NCBI RefSeq assembly: GCF_036971445.1
Contig: NC_091473.1
Location: 106,330,001 to 106,394,000, forward strand
DNA from: Narcine bancroftii
Taxonomy: Eukaryota
Reading direction: 5' to 3'
Length of the DNA stretch: 64,000 nt
Below the pieces are notes generated by a model. It saw only the letters and a list, made by a program, of their open reading frames with translations, searched no databases and was not told the origin of the DNA. The translations under genes and the position numbers were made by a program. This document shows, in pieces, positions 37,188 to 48,911 of this stretch (position 1 is the stretch's first letter; each line of letters starts with the position of its first letter).

Positions 37188-39165
37188 AAACATAAAAATA
37201 TAAGAAGTATATTTATTTCTATGCCCTCTCAAGCATTCACTACCATTAAATCTGAGTGTTGGCTGCAACACCACTTTTTTACATGTTTCCCAAAAGCCTT
37301 GATCTTCTCTGATCCAAAATCCCTCCATCTCACGCTTGAATTCTGTATACTTAATTAACATCCATTGTTTCCTTTGGTGGAACATTCCTCTGAGAAAGAA
37401 ATTTCTTCAAATCTCAGTCTTAAATAGGCAATTGCTTATTCTGAAACTCACCACCAGGAGATATATTCTCTCAATATCAACTCTGTCAGCCCACCTCAGA
37501 ATCTTGTTTTGATGTGATCAACCCTCATTCTTCTAAGACAAAGTGAATTTAGGCCCAATCTACTCAATTCTATGTCATAAAACAATATCTTCCTTCCAGA
37601 AATTAATTTGGAGAACCTTTGTTGTATTTCCACCATGGTAATTACTGTATGCCCCTTTAAATTAAGATATCAAAATTATATACAGTAATCCCACTAAAAC
37701 CCTATAAAATTGCAGACAAACTTCTATGTTTCAATGCTCTATACTTCTTCCAAAGAAAACCAATAATGCATTTGCTTTCCTAGTTATATACTGCACACTT
37801 TTTTTTTAAATTGTACTGTAACAGCTGGATCTCTCTGACACTCAACATCCATTAATCTCACACCATTTATTTAATATTTTGCTTTTCTATTCTTCTTACC
37901 AATGTGGCCAGCCTCGTGTATTATCCCACATGATGCTCCATCTGTCATTTATTTACTCACCTGTTTAATCTGCCAGTCTCCCTTGTGGACCTTTTAGTGC
38001 CTTCCTCAAAATTGAATGTTCCAATTATCATTGTTTCAACAGCAAACTTTGATTCAAGTCCCTTCCCACATTTGCTGATAACACAAAAATAGGTGAGGGT
38101 GCATTTTGCGATGAAAATACTTAGTGTCTGCAACAGGATACAGATAATGGTTAATGGAGTTTAATGTAAGGAAGTGTGAGGTCACGTACTTCAGTAAGAG
38201 GAATCAAAATTTAGACTGTCATCTAAATAGAGAGAGAGGTGCAAATAAGTGGAATACAGAGAGGTCTAGGTGTTCCTGTGCAAGGAACATAAAACGTTAG
38301 CTTGCAATGCAGCAGGAATAGAAATGGTAAATTGGAGTTCTTGTTGAAATGCCTTATGATCCTGCAAAGGCTTGACAAGATTGATGTTGAGATGTTTCCA
38401 CTAGTCAGAGAGTCCCAAACAAGGAGGCATATTTGCAAGATAGGGGTGGCCATTTAAAGCTGAGATGTGTATTGTACAGGATGGCAAATCTCAGGAATTC
38501 CCCATCCTAGAAGGTTGCGGGAACTAAATCATTGGACTTATTTAAAGTTAGCTCATTTTCATTTTTTTAAAATGGGAACATTGAGATGGAACTAGCACAG
38601 AAGTGAAGTTGAGATCAAGGCGTACTGAATGGCAGGACAGGCTTGATGGGGCCATATGGCCTATTGCTGCTACTAATTTCATTATTAAAATAAATTGTAA
38701 TTAATTGAAACTAATGTCATGATCCCAGTGACATCCCACTAGTCACAGTTAGCCAACTTGAAGTGGCCAACATCACCCCTTCCCACCTAGAAGTCAAACT
38801 TTTTTTTAAATATATAACCTTTACCACCTTTTTAGCAAGAAGGTTAACAGGAAATCAGTGAATGTGTGTGAAACTGTTTCAAAACTTTTTCACAACATTC
38901 ACTGATTTCCTGTTATCCTTTCTGCTAATTACATCCTCAAAGAACTCTGCTAAATTTAACAAGCATAATTTCCTTTTCTTGAAGTCATGTGTTATGATTT
39001 TCTTTGGGTCCTATTATTATCTTTAAAAATGGACTCTTGCCTTTTATCCAATGCTAATGCCAGATTAACTGGCCTGTAGTTCTTTTATTCTCCCGCTTTC
39101 ACTTCATTCTTTAACAGCATGATGTTTGCAGTTTTCCACTCTTGCAGTTTAATCCTGCTCCAGAA
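37188..39165. mobile_element. Old CR1-clade fragments in both orientations
   Basis: Minus-strand tail from ~37190, a plus-strand piece at ~38110-38680 (MEFNVRKCEV, gggccatatggcctattgctgct tail) and a minus-strand RT piece at ~38900-39160. Confidence 0.65.
38832..38928. repeat. Imperfect inverted repeat (~42-bp arms)
   Basis: ttagcaagaaggttaacaggaaatcagtgaatgt... pairs with ...acattcactgatttcctgttatcctttctgctaa. Confidence 0.85.
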
Positions 39166-40261
39166 TTCTGCCTGTGGTCAGCTTGCAATGTCATTGACAT
39201 TTTGTTATTAAAAAACAATAGTTTAAATTTGAGAAAGATACCAAAGATTAAAACTGATTTTGTTTTTTTGAACAAAATTTTTTTTTAATTTGGCCTGAAA
39301 GCATTTTCTGAGAATAATTTCAAGAGTAAACATTAAAAAATATAAAAGGAGCCAAACCTAATGCCATGTCACAGCAATTGCTCTATTTTTTTTAAATCAT
39401 CAGTTTAGAAATCCAGTTGCTAGGATGGATAGATTTTTTATTGGAACATTTTAACATCATAGCAACCCTTCAAAAACCAAAACTAAATCTATATTCTGTG
39501 CACAACTCTCAACCCAAAAGGTGCAACTGCAAAATCATTGATGCAAAATTATTAAAAATGGACACACATTTTAAACTTGTCCAATTAAATAGCACACTTT
39601 GTGGGTTTCCCTTCACTTCATTATATTTCCGTCTGATATTGAATGTCACACCATGCAGCTCAATGGCTGCTTGGTCGATTTCTGTCTTAAAAAGTAAGGC
39701 CTTGAGGTGAACTGCTCAATATGGAAGGAGTGCCAAAGGAAATATTACCTTAAAGATATTAAGAAAGATACTTGAGGATAAAACGTTTGAAAAAGTCAAA
39801 CTACGGCATGACGTCTTCATGTTGCGCTGTTTTTATTTAAAGTGTCACCATGTCATCTTATCATTTTTGACATTAGAGAGCAACCTCCAGATCTGTTTGG
39901 GTCGAATTGGCGAGACACGATCCACGATGATCCGGGCCAAGTCGGGCTTCGCCTGACGCTCAAGACATAACATTCACAATCCAATACTTTAAAAGTTTAA
40001 GTCCTTGCCGCCTCTTTGAACAGTCCAGCGATACTCGCAAAGGCGACGTGATTTACAACATAACACATCGAATCCCCAAGTTCTCATCAGCCGCCCGTGA
40101 CAGGGCTCGTCCTTTTCCCGTGGTTGGCAGTGTGTGTACGGGACCTACTGGTCCGTTGACTTACATCGAGTCGCATCCAAAAAAATGGCATCTTGGCTCC
40201 AGAAAGTGCCTTTTAGACAGATGGTGGAAACACGGCTCGCTTGGCGACATCATGGGACGGG

Positions 40262-40445
40262 ACGGTCGGCGGAGCGGATAGCGCAACGCCTTGACAGCAG
40301 CGCTAGCGATCGGGATCGGACGAGGGTTCGAATCCCGCGCTGTCTGGAAGGAGCTTGTACGGTCTCCGGTTCCGGTTCCAACCCCTACCGGGGTAGGTTA
40401 ATGGGCGGCGGCATGAAATGGCTGTATGTCTCGATTCAATTTAAT
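40262..40445 (+). mobile_element. tRNA-derived SINE (V-SINE/HE1-like), internally deleted
   Basis: B box GGTTCGAATCC at ~40326. Homologous to the SINE at 45885-46115. Confidence 0.75.
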
Positions 40446-40454
40446 GCAGACCCA

Positions 40455-40550
40455 ACTTACTTTCCACTCATCCCCACAGCGCGCACCTCTGGGGCATGGG
40501 GACCCCTTGAAGGGGGATGCGAGTGGAAAGAGTAAGTTTGACAACCACTG
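40455..40550. mobile_element. Probable hAT-type MITE fragment
   Basis: Ends in tttgacaaccactg, the reverse complement of a CAGTGGTT.TCAA hAT-type TIR. The left end was not resolved. Confidence 0.4.
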
Positions 40551-41668
40551 TCCGAGACCAGAAACCTTTAGTTTGACCTTTGCGTCCAAAATGCAAATCA
40601 GTAGATTGATCAATGGAGTGAGAATGGGGATTGGGCTCTTTTGATCCGCCCTGCACCATTTTAAATCCCTCCGTGGACGTTGCATCAGTGAGCAACATAA
40701 CGGGAGCTTGCATCGCCAAGGTTAGCGTGAGGACGGAGGTGCGGGAGCGCGGCTCGGCGCTGGCCTGCCGGCTCTCAGCGTTCCGCCGCAGCTGCTGTTT
40801 CCGTTGCGACGTCGTGTGGGCGGCACAGGCTGCAGCCGGAGAGCGCTCACTTTTAAAATTTGATGATGTCAATAAGGGGTTTTTTGGCGCAGAGCAGCCG
40901 TCGGGGATTGGCGTCTCCGGCACCGCCACGGTCTTCTCACCCAGCCGGCTGACGGGGAAGTTGGCCGCTCGTGGCACCACCTCGCAGGAGTGGATGCGAA
41001 GGGCGGCTCTCGCCGAAGCTGAAGCCAGCGACTCTCCCGTCGGAAGGACGAGCGCAATGAACTGCCTTCCCGGCCCGCGGCTGCAGATGTCAACGCTGAC
41101 GGACTCGGCTTCTTCCGAACGGAGCGACTTTGTGGCATTCTTCTGGGATTTAATTTGACCAAAAAGAGTAGGCGGAGCACCCCCCCCCCTCCCCCTCCTC
41201 CAGAAGCTCGGGGGTCGGGGCACCAGCCGGAGTTGCCAGCAGCCTTTCATTTACAGCCGAGCAGCAGTTACAAAATGGGCGGGAAAATTGCAGAAGATTG
41301 GATGTGTCGGGGATACAGTAACCGACTCAACTGTTATTTACTCTGATGTTATTTCGGAAGATTTCACAATTGTGAAGTATTTAATACCCGCGAAGCCGTG
41401 GACAAGGTTCATCGCATTTGATCATTTTGATGTCTCTCCACTCGCACGGGACGAAATAACTTTGAGATAACCGGGCTATCCTACTGGCATCACGTGTATT
41501 ATGTTGATGAGAAAAAGGGGCGGATCGGGCAACGTCATTACTAGGGATCGCACATCAATTACTCCGGCTTAGTAAATAGTACACAGTACAGTGAGCGGGG
41601 CCGATTCGTCGCCTCCACCGTACCTGCTGGCGTTTCTGCTTTGGGGAGTTCGACATTCTTCAGGGTGA

Positions 41669-41809
41669 ATGATGGAAACAACTGATGGAGCAGTTGGTGA
41701 CAAATTAACAAGCGCTGCAGCCAAAGGCGACTCGAAAGAAGTTCATTCTTTGCTGGAAAACGGGGTGAATGCAGACGCAATCAATAAGTTTGGCAGAACT
41801 GCTCTTCAG
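41669..41809 (+). CDS. CDKN2C: Cyclin-dependent kinase 4/6 inhibitor C (p18-INK4c), coding exon 1 (47 aa)
   Basis: MMETTDGAVGDKLTSAAAKGD...NKFGRTALQ matches the INK4 first ankyrin repeat. It ends at CAG|GTTGGT, a phase-0 donor at the conserved TALQ|VM junction. Confidence 0.9.
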
Positions 41810-42262
41810 GTTGGTATAGCTGTTCCTACCTTCTTCGCCACGTTCATTCCTGAGAAGGAAATGTGTGCCGTATTCCGAGCATTATATTTTCAAAACAACG
41901 TCCATTAGATTTCGTCAGTGTGGTCCAGACGGCAGTGAGTCCTGTAAATGACGTATTTCTGAAATAACTACTGGATAAGACTCTGTGGGGAGAAAACAAA
42001 ACCCATTTTATTGGGGTGACAATGCAATTTGATCCAACGGTGAGAACTCTCTACTTGTTAAAATATGAAATTCCATCGTTCACATTTTGAATCCCAGCCT
42101 CATCGCCTTGAAAGAAATTCAAAACATTATTCAACGGTATTGTTTTATTGATATCCAACCACAATCAGAATCACGGCAGCTATTGCGCATATTTTATTGA
42201 GTAGGGAAGGATAGACGTTCCAACGTGGAATATCAGGAACGGCACCTTTATTTATTTGCATC

Positions 42263-42891
42263 GGTGATCACAGTGGGTTTATGCCAGTATTCTAGGTGAT
42301 CACGGCGGGTTTATGCCAGTATTCTGGGTGATCACGGTGGGTTTATGCCAGTATTCTGGGTGATCACGGTGGGTTTATGCCAGTATTCTAGGTGATCACG
42401 GTGGGTTTATGCCAGTATTCTAGGTGATCACGGTGGGTTTATGCCAGTATTCTAGGTGATCACGGTGGGTTTATGCCAGTATTCTAGGTGGTCACGGTGG
42501 GTTTATGCCAGTATTCTAGGTGATCACGGTGGGTTTATGCCAGTATTCTGGGTGATCACGGTGGGTTTATGCCAGTATTCTGGGTGATCACGGTGGGTTT
42601 ATGCCAGTATTCTAGGTGATCACGGTGGGTTTATGCCAGTATTCTAGGTGATCACGGTGGGTTTATGCCAGTATTCTAGGTGATCACGGTGGGTTTATGC
42701 CAGTATTCTAGGTGGTCACGGTGGGTTTATGCCAGTATTCTAGGTGATCACGGTGGGTTTATGCCAGTATTCTGGGTGATCACGGTGGGTTTATGCCAGT
42801 ATTCTGGGTGATCACGGTGGGTTTATGTCAGTATTCTGGGTGATCACGGTGGGTTTATGCCAGTATTCTGGGTGATCACGGTGGGTTTATG
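42263..42891. repeat. Intronic minisatellite, 32-bp unit x ~19.7
   Basis: Unit GGTGATCACGGTGGGTTTATGCCAGTATTCT(A/G), with exact 32-bp periodicity from 42263 to 42871 plus a 21-bp partial unit. Confidence 0.98.
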
Positions 42892-44591
42892 TTTGCAAAT
42901 TTTGTGACTGCAGCATAAGCAAAAAAATACAACGCTGCCGATTGAAGTGTGATGAAGGTCCTTTTGTACAAAAGTAATAGGTTTCTCACATAACCTATGA
43001 AAAAGCAAATCAACTGATTTTTTTTCTATAAATAAGTACAATTTAGCGACTCTATTTTCGCCACTGCATAGAAAGGTATTATTAACGTTTATGGATTGAC
43101 AAATAGTAATGTAAAGGTAGCTTATTTTACATGAAAATGTATAAATGTGCCTTTCCATTATAGTCACATTATATCATTCCTTGATCATCTGTGAATGCAT
43201 TCGAAGATTGCCTAATTAACTATCTGTGTGCAAATTTCAGTTGTATTTAATTAATTCAGGATCATTAGGTGATAACAATTTTGGAAAACATTTGAAGCTA
43301 GTGTAATTAGTATAATTAAGTAATTTGCTGCATTTAACAATTGTGGGAATTGATATCCCCCCTCAGAAATTCACAAAGCACTTCAGCCATCATCTTTATT
43401 TTTAATATTAAGCTTAACGATAAACACGACTTATATATTTAAATGATATTTAACTTCCATCCAATAAACTACAATATTTGACGAAATCAAAGATATTTTT
43501 ATAACGTGGATTTGAATTGAGTCCTTTTGATTACAAAGAAAGTGCTTAAAAGCAGATGTAATATTGAATTGAAAGCAGTTTGTTGATCCCATATGTTATC
43601 CACATTAAAAATAAAACAGTTAAATAATACTTCAAGCTATCTGCAAATATCTTATGAAATCATATCTTCCTCTTATAAAACATGAAATTCAATAACAATA
43701 GTTCACGCTTTCAGTTATATGACACCAGTTATAGAATAAATCATTTACATTTCTTTATTTTAATTTATGATGCACAATTACCTTGTGTGACATTTCATTT
43801 TAAATAAACTAATATTTTAAAGGAGTCACTATGCAAATAAATAAATAAAAATAAAATTGAGGCGTTATTTTTATTTTTCATTATAGAATTACTGTAAAAT
43901 TCTGAGGTTGGAGTCACAGTTAATATATTTTGTAATATATCCCAACCTCTTGAATTTCATTTTACACCGCAACAGTCCAGGCCCAATGATTGGTCCTGTA
44001 TTCATCATGTGACGGTTATTTGTTTTCCTTTTCTAAATTTCTGCACACAAAAATCTTGTTTAATGGAATTAAAAATAAGAGGTAATTGTTTGTATACATG
44101 ATCACTGTTTTGCTCTTGAAACATTGTGGTTAACCTCAAATCGCGTTTTAACTAAACAGCCATAATATCAAAACTATAGCAAGCGTTTTAATTGAAAAAA
44201 ATAATGTCAAGGCAAATAACCAAATGTGTTATGTTAAAAACATCACGTTCTTTGTCCTAGTTTGTGATCGTAGGGAATATTTTAGTTTGAAATATTTCAA
44301 TGAAAAGATAGACATTATTTCACTATTTTTAAACAATAGTTGGCAAAAGTGTTAGCAGGATGAATTGGAAGTGTTGAATCTGGACTCTATGACGTTGGAC
44401 TCTGCTGTGCGCCCACCCAAGTAAAGAAAACAATTGATTCAAAATGAATATTTGTTTTTCAGACTTTTCATAGTTTACACATTTTGTATTATTTGATATT
44501 TTAAGGTTTCAGAGAGAATTCTCAGCACTATTTATCTTGTCATGTACTGCTTTGAGATGTGCATATTATTGCCCTCCTTTCTATCTGCCAG

Positions 44592-44945
44592 GTCATGCAA
44601 ATGGGTCACAGTGTCATAGCCAATTCGTTGCTGAAAGCAGGAGCTCAACCAAACCAGCAAGATCACCTCGGATTCACAGCAGCTCACGATGCGGCCAGGG
44701 AAGGCTTCGTGGACACTCTGAAAACCTTAGTGGACTTTGGAGCTAACGTTAATATTGAAAATTCTGAGGGCAATCTCCCCATACACCTTGCCGCGCAAGA
44801 AGGTCACACCGATGTGGTTATATTTTTAGCAAAGATATCTAACCTCACACTTAAAAATGAAAAAGGACAGACTCCATATGAGCTCGCCCAGATGTACAAG
44901 AGAACAGAGACTATGCAATGGATGGAACAAAATTTATTGGAGTAG
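44592..44945 (+). CDS. CDKN2C: Cyclin-dependent kinase 4/6 inhibitor C (p18-INK4c), coding exon 2 (117 aa + stop)
   Basis: Pyrimidine tract and CAG acceptor ending at 44591. VMQMG...HDAAREGFVDTLKTL...VNIENSEGNLPIHLAAQEGH...ELAQMYKR resembles p18 (VNIEDNEGNLPLHLAAKEGH, DLARLYGR). Spliced product is 164 aa with five ankyrin repeats. CDKN2D is the alternative call. Confidence 0.9.
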   Translation, partial: VMQMGHSVIANSLLKAGAQPNQQDHLGFTAAHDAAREGFVDTLKTLVDFGANVNIENSEGNLPIHLAAQEGHTDVVIFLAKISNLTLKNEKGQTPYELAQMYKRTETMQWMEQNLLE

Positions 44946-45596
44946 GGCAAAAAGCAGGAGCGAATTGTAAATTTTTTGTCTGACTTCATTGACTTTCAGT
45001 TGTAATTCCATATGTTTTAATACTTGGGAAGAGAGGGCGTTGTTGCTATTTCAATATATTTTTAGAAACGTGTGTTTTCACGGATTCGTACTAAATTCAT
45101 TTTATTTGTTGTTAATCAGTATTAATATAGATTATGTTTCATCATACGTTAATGTTTAATAATGTCAAAGTTTAACGTGGCAGTGCAGCTTTTGACATAA
45201 AAAAATCACATTAAACAATCAAGCTTATACGGGGGGATAATTTGCAAATGTCGCAAATGTTCTGTGCCTTCCCTCAGCTGTTGAACATGGTGGTTTGCAT
45301 ATTTTCATAAACGACCACGTTTCTTCATTTTTAAAATCGACTAGCGCATTGTGTTTGTTTCATTTTTTTGTACCTTTAATTTTCATTTGACGTCATTTAA
45401 GTATTGCTTACCGCCTCATACCATGTGTGAATGCAGAAATGCAGTTGGTAAACATTATTTAACGTGTTTATTTTTGTTTAACTAAATTATAAGTTTTCTA
45501 TTTACTCAATGTAAATATTGCATTTGCTTTCGAACCCTTTGTTGTATCAAATATTGCCTTCATAAATTACAAAAGATTTAACCTCTCCTTCGTTCC

Positions 45597-45602
45597 AATA
45601 AA
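45597..45602 (+). terminator. Candidate polyadenylation signal for CDKN2C
   Basis: First AATAAA I found after the stop codon (~650 nt downstream). Further AATAAA at 45764 and 45777. Confidence 0.5.
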
Positions 45603-45884
45603 TACTTACTGGTGAGTGTAAAGGGTTACCTATATTAATGCTGTGAATGTAGTAACATTTCCCGAATTAATTTATTTCATTGCTGTGACAGATTACAGGA
45701 AGCTTTAAAATTTAATGACATCTTGCTTCCTCGACACATCCATATGTAGTGAGGCGCCCATGCAATAAAATGTCTTAATAAAAGTTCTGAATGAATTAAT
45801 AGAGGGTGTCGTTGAACATGAATTATGTATGGAATAAATTATTCTGATGAACTTTTGGTAATTTAGCAACATTACCGAATGCCG

Positions 45885-46115
45885 TGGCGGTAAGCGCAAA
45901 GCCTTTTTACAGCGCCAGCGATCGGGACAGGTTCGAATCCCGCGCTATCTCTCAGGAGTTTGTACGTTCTCCTTGTGTCTGCGTGGCTTTACCCCGGGGG
46001 TTCCGTTTTCTCCCACCTTTCAAAACGTACCTGGGGTGTAGGTTAGTGGATGTAAATTGAGCGGCACGAACTCGTGAGCCGAAAGGGCCTGTTACCATGC
46101 TGAATGTCTAAATTT
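45885..46115 (+). mobile_element. tRNA-derived SINE (V-SINE/HE1-like)
   Basis: B box GGTTCGAATCC, central ggagtttgtacgttctcc..tgtctgcgtgg core, and a CR1-like tail gccgaaagggcctgttaccatgctg. Confidence 0.85.
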
Positions 46116-48911
46116 AACTTTTTTTTGGTGTATTTGAACAATACTGTTTTAATTGATAAAGCCACATCTTCTGTGGCGCAAGGAAGAAACCACCATGATA
46201 AATTGAGATCTTTTCCACACCACAGTTTGCAATACAGTGCATTATATACTTTATAAATCGACATTTTAAAATAAGGGATTTCACTTACAATTACATTTTA
46301 TATTCAAACATACTTAAATACTAACGAAAATACTAAAACATCCCATTTGCTAAAACTAGGAGCACGTCACTTTTGAATGCATTGAAAAAAAGACTCATAA
46401 CGTGATGGAAACTATTGCGGAAGATGACAAGTTAACATGCTATTGAAGTATCCGTATACACGCAAACTCTATCAGTTTAGTTAAATAAATTCCAAAGGGT
46501 TATTCCTGGATTGTGAAAAAATATATATGCCATATATATACAAGAATGGGTACAGACTGATGAGAGCACTGGAGGAAAAAGTCTCGGTCGCAATTTATTC
46601 AAAACATAATCAATTTCGTACAAAAGTATCATTTAAAATATCTATAAGGAAGCAAGATCAGAATATCGCAGCAAAATGTGCCGTCTAAAATTAAAAGATA
46701 GGTTAATCACCATGAAAGCGATACGAAATATGGTAATATGAATACTGTTGCAATATGAAGGTGACAAACATGTTTACATGCCCATAATGAAAGCCTGGAG
46801 ATGCTACTGAAGGCCTATACTGTAAGATATTCGTAAGCTTATAATTAAGGACAATGTCCCGTGATATGCCTTAATTTTCTCAGCATCGAAGCCAAGAGAT
46901 TAATTGAAATATCATTTTCTACAATTATATATATATTGTTTAAAACGTTACATATTTGCGAATTGTTTTTCCTTTTTTGTCCTGTTTAAATATTTTCACT
47001 CCATCCACTCTGTTCCTTGACTTTCCATTTCAGATGTACACTTTTTCAGTGTATAATTTGATTTTAAAGTATAAATGATTGAAAACAACTATTTGGATAC
47101 ATCTAATTTCACCCCACCACCCCGCGTCATACGTTACGCGTCGTGCTTCCTGTTGTAGAAGTGTCAACGAATAAAGAAGTAAGTTAAAATCCTAACAAAA
47201 ACTGGTTGATCTGCCAACTTAAATATTACTGCAGTGTTGATTCTTCCACTCGGAATCTGCTCGCTTTAGTCTGGAGCATGTGGTCTTGTTTTGGATGCAG
47301 AGGCCAATACCGAAATTATGTCAATTCTTGACTCCTCGAAGAAAAGGGGAAATGCTTTTGACTATTTGGCTCAAGAACTAAGGGGTCGTGGGGTCGAAAC
47401 TGTCAGCGACCGCTCTCTTAAGGAGGAGAACAACTGCCGATAGCTTGTGATATCCGTCATTGGCACATTTCCTTTCTCACTGCTTCCAGTCCAAGGGGAC
47501 AAACAAGAATGCAGCTTTGTAAACAAACAGCTATCGCGTAATCAGTAAATAAAATGAGCCTCGCAGTTCTACTGTACAGCCGATGAGCAGAAAAATCCTA
47601 CAGGTCAGAAGATTATTGCAAGATAGCGATATTAACTGTAGTAATGTGTTATCCAATAGGTTCGCCTCTGATAACGAGTGGCGACTTGACAATCTCGATT
47701 TGGCTAATCACATTTTCATTAGTAAATCTAAAATGACTTGTATTCGAGGCATATAGAGTTATGCCTTTTTGTAGTGAGTTTTCGGTTGTGAGAAACAAAA
47801 ATAGAGGACATTTTTGGATGTCTGTGCTGTATTTATTTGGTTACTGCATCTGGTAATCTGCCAAATGCCGCGTTGTTCGCCTGAAAATTCTGGTCTTTGA
47901 TATCATTTGAAACATCATCTTTGTATGGAGCTGTGTGTGTGTTAGGGGAAGGGGGGATGCCACAGGACAATTTAAATTATGTGAATGGCCACTCGAGGTA
48001 AGCAAAAATGAACAAGCCCAATCAATACCGAGCAATGGCAACATGAAGACAGTCTGGCAAAGGGTAAGAGGCTCGCAAGATGGTGACTTGCCTTCAGGTC
48101 ATTGTTTGTTCTCTTTACACTTTTGAAGTTCATCCAATTCGTTAGAGAAAACCATCTACAGAAACCGCACTAATATTTTGATTTGATACGTTAATATTGC
48201 CAAATTTTAATGAAGGCAGAAAAAAATCCAATTGAATAATAGTGGGTGAGTGGCTACATTATTTGCATATGGTATTTATTCAATTATAAGGAATGTACCA
48301 CTAAAATAAGCAGATTTGACTAAAAGAATATCTCCCAAGCTAGTCTATGACTAACTAACATTATTTATCAACATACCTGTAGGATTAAAATTGAATCAGA
48401 ACTGTAATTTAAAGGTTTTGTCATACGTGAGATTTAAATAATTTAACAGTCCATATACTCTTAGTCAAGCAGCACTGTCTTGCCAAATCTAAAAAAAAGT
48501 AATGTTAGTAGGAGGACATTTTACCAATTGGCAGGACTGGAAAGGTAAGAATTTTGGAGTCTGGAAACTGAGGGTTAAAGACTGCATTTCAAAGTGGATT
48601 TTTACAAGGGAAAGAAGAAGTGGCAACTTCCACATCCTCAAATATAATGTGCAAATTAAGAGAAGAGTTAGCTACTCCTTCACTCAAACTGGAGGTCCTT
48701 GTAAATGATGGGTAACTCAAAACTCAACTGGGAGGTTAAATATGACACCAATATTGTGGATAATCTATTTCCGTCCCAGACAGTTACTGGGGAAACAAAT
48801 TAGACTAAAGGGAATCATGGAGGGGCAAAACTAGGAATTGCCTATGTATTTGTGGAAGTTGATGTGCTTCAGTATGAGGTTTCTGGGGAGAAACAGATAA
48901 TTAGGTGACTA

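Larger units (their letters stand above)
39890..41700. promoter_or_regulatory. CpG island / promoter of CDKN2C
   Basis: High GC and CpG density. ATTGG at 40630, GC box CCGCCC at 40646, CHR-like TTTAAA at 40660, and E2F consensus sites TTTGGCGC at 40883 and GGCGGGAAA at 41278. Confidence 0.8.

Noticed and set aside
40468-41250. 260-aa antisense ORF (and the 175-aa sense ORF 40631-41158) over the promoter
   Set aside because: No recognisable domain, Ala/Arg/Ser/Pro-rich as expected from stop-poor GC-rich DNA, and the 3' end runs into a MITE-like fragment. It would need Ribo-seq or codon-conservation support.
41810-41908. ORF-track extension of exon 1 to 79 aa
   Set aside because: Read-through past the GT donor into the intron; INK4 similarity ends at TALQ.
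42263-42891. CRISPR-like array (32-bp repeats with an internal palindrome)
   Set aside because: The units are head-to-tail with no unique spacers, there are no cas genes, and the context is a vertebrate intron. It is a minisatellite.
44559-44591. ORF-track N-terminus MHIIALLSICQ
   Set aside because: This is the intronic polypyrimidine tract and acceptor, not coding sequence.
45885-45945. tRNA genes suggested by GGTTCGAATCC here and at ~40326
   Set aside because: No cloverleaf is evident, and the sequence continues into a SINE core and LINE-like tail.
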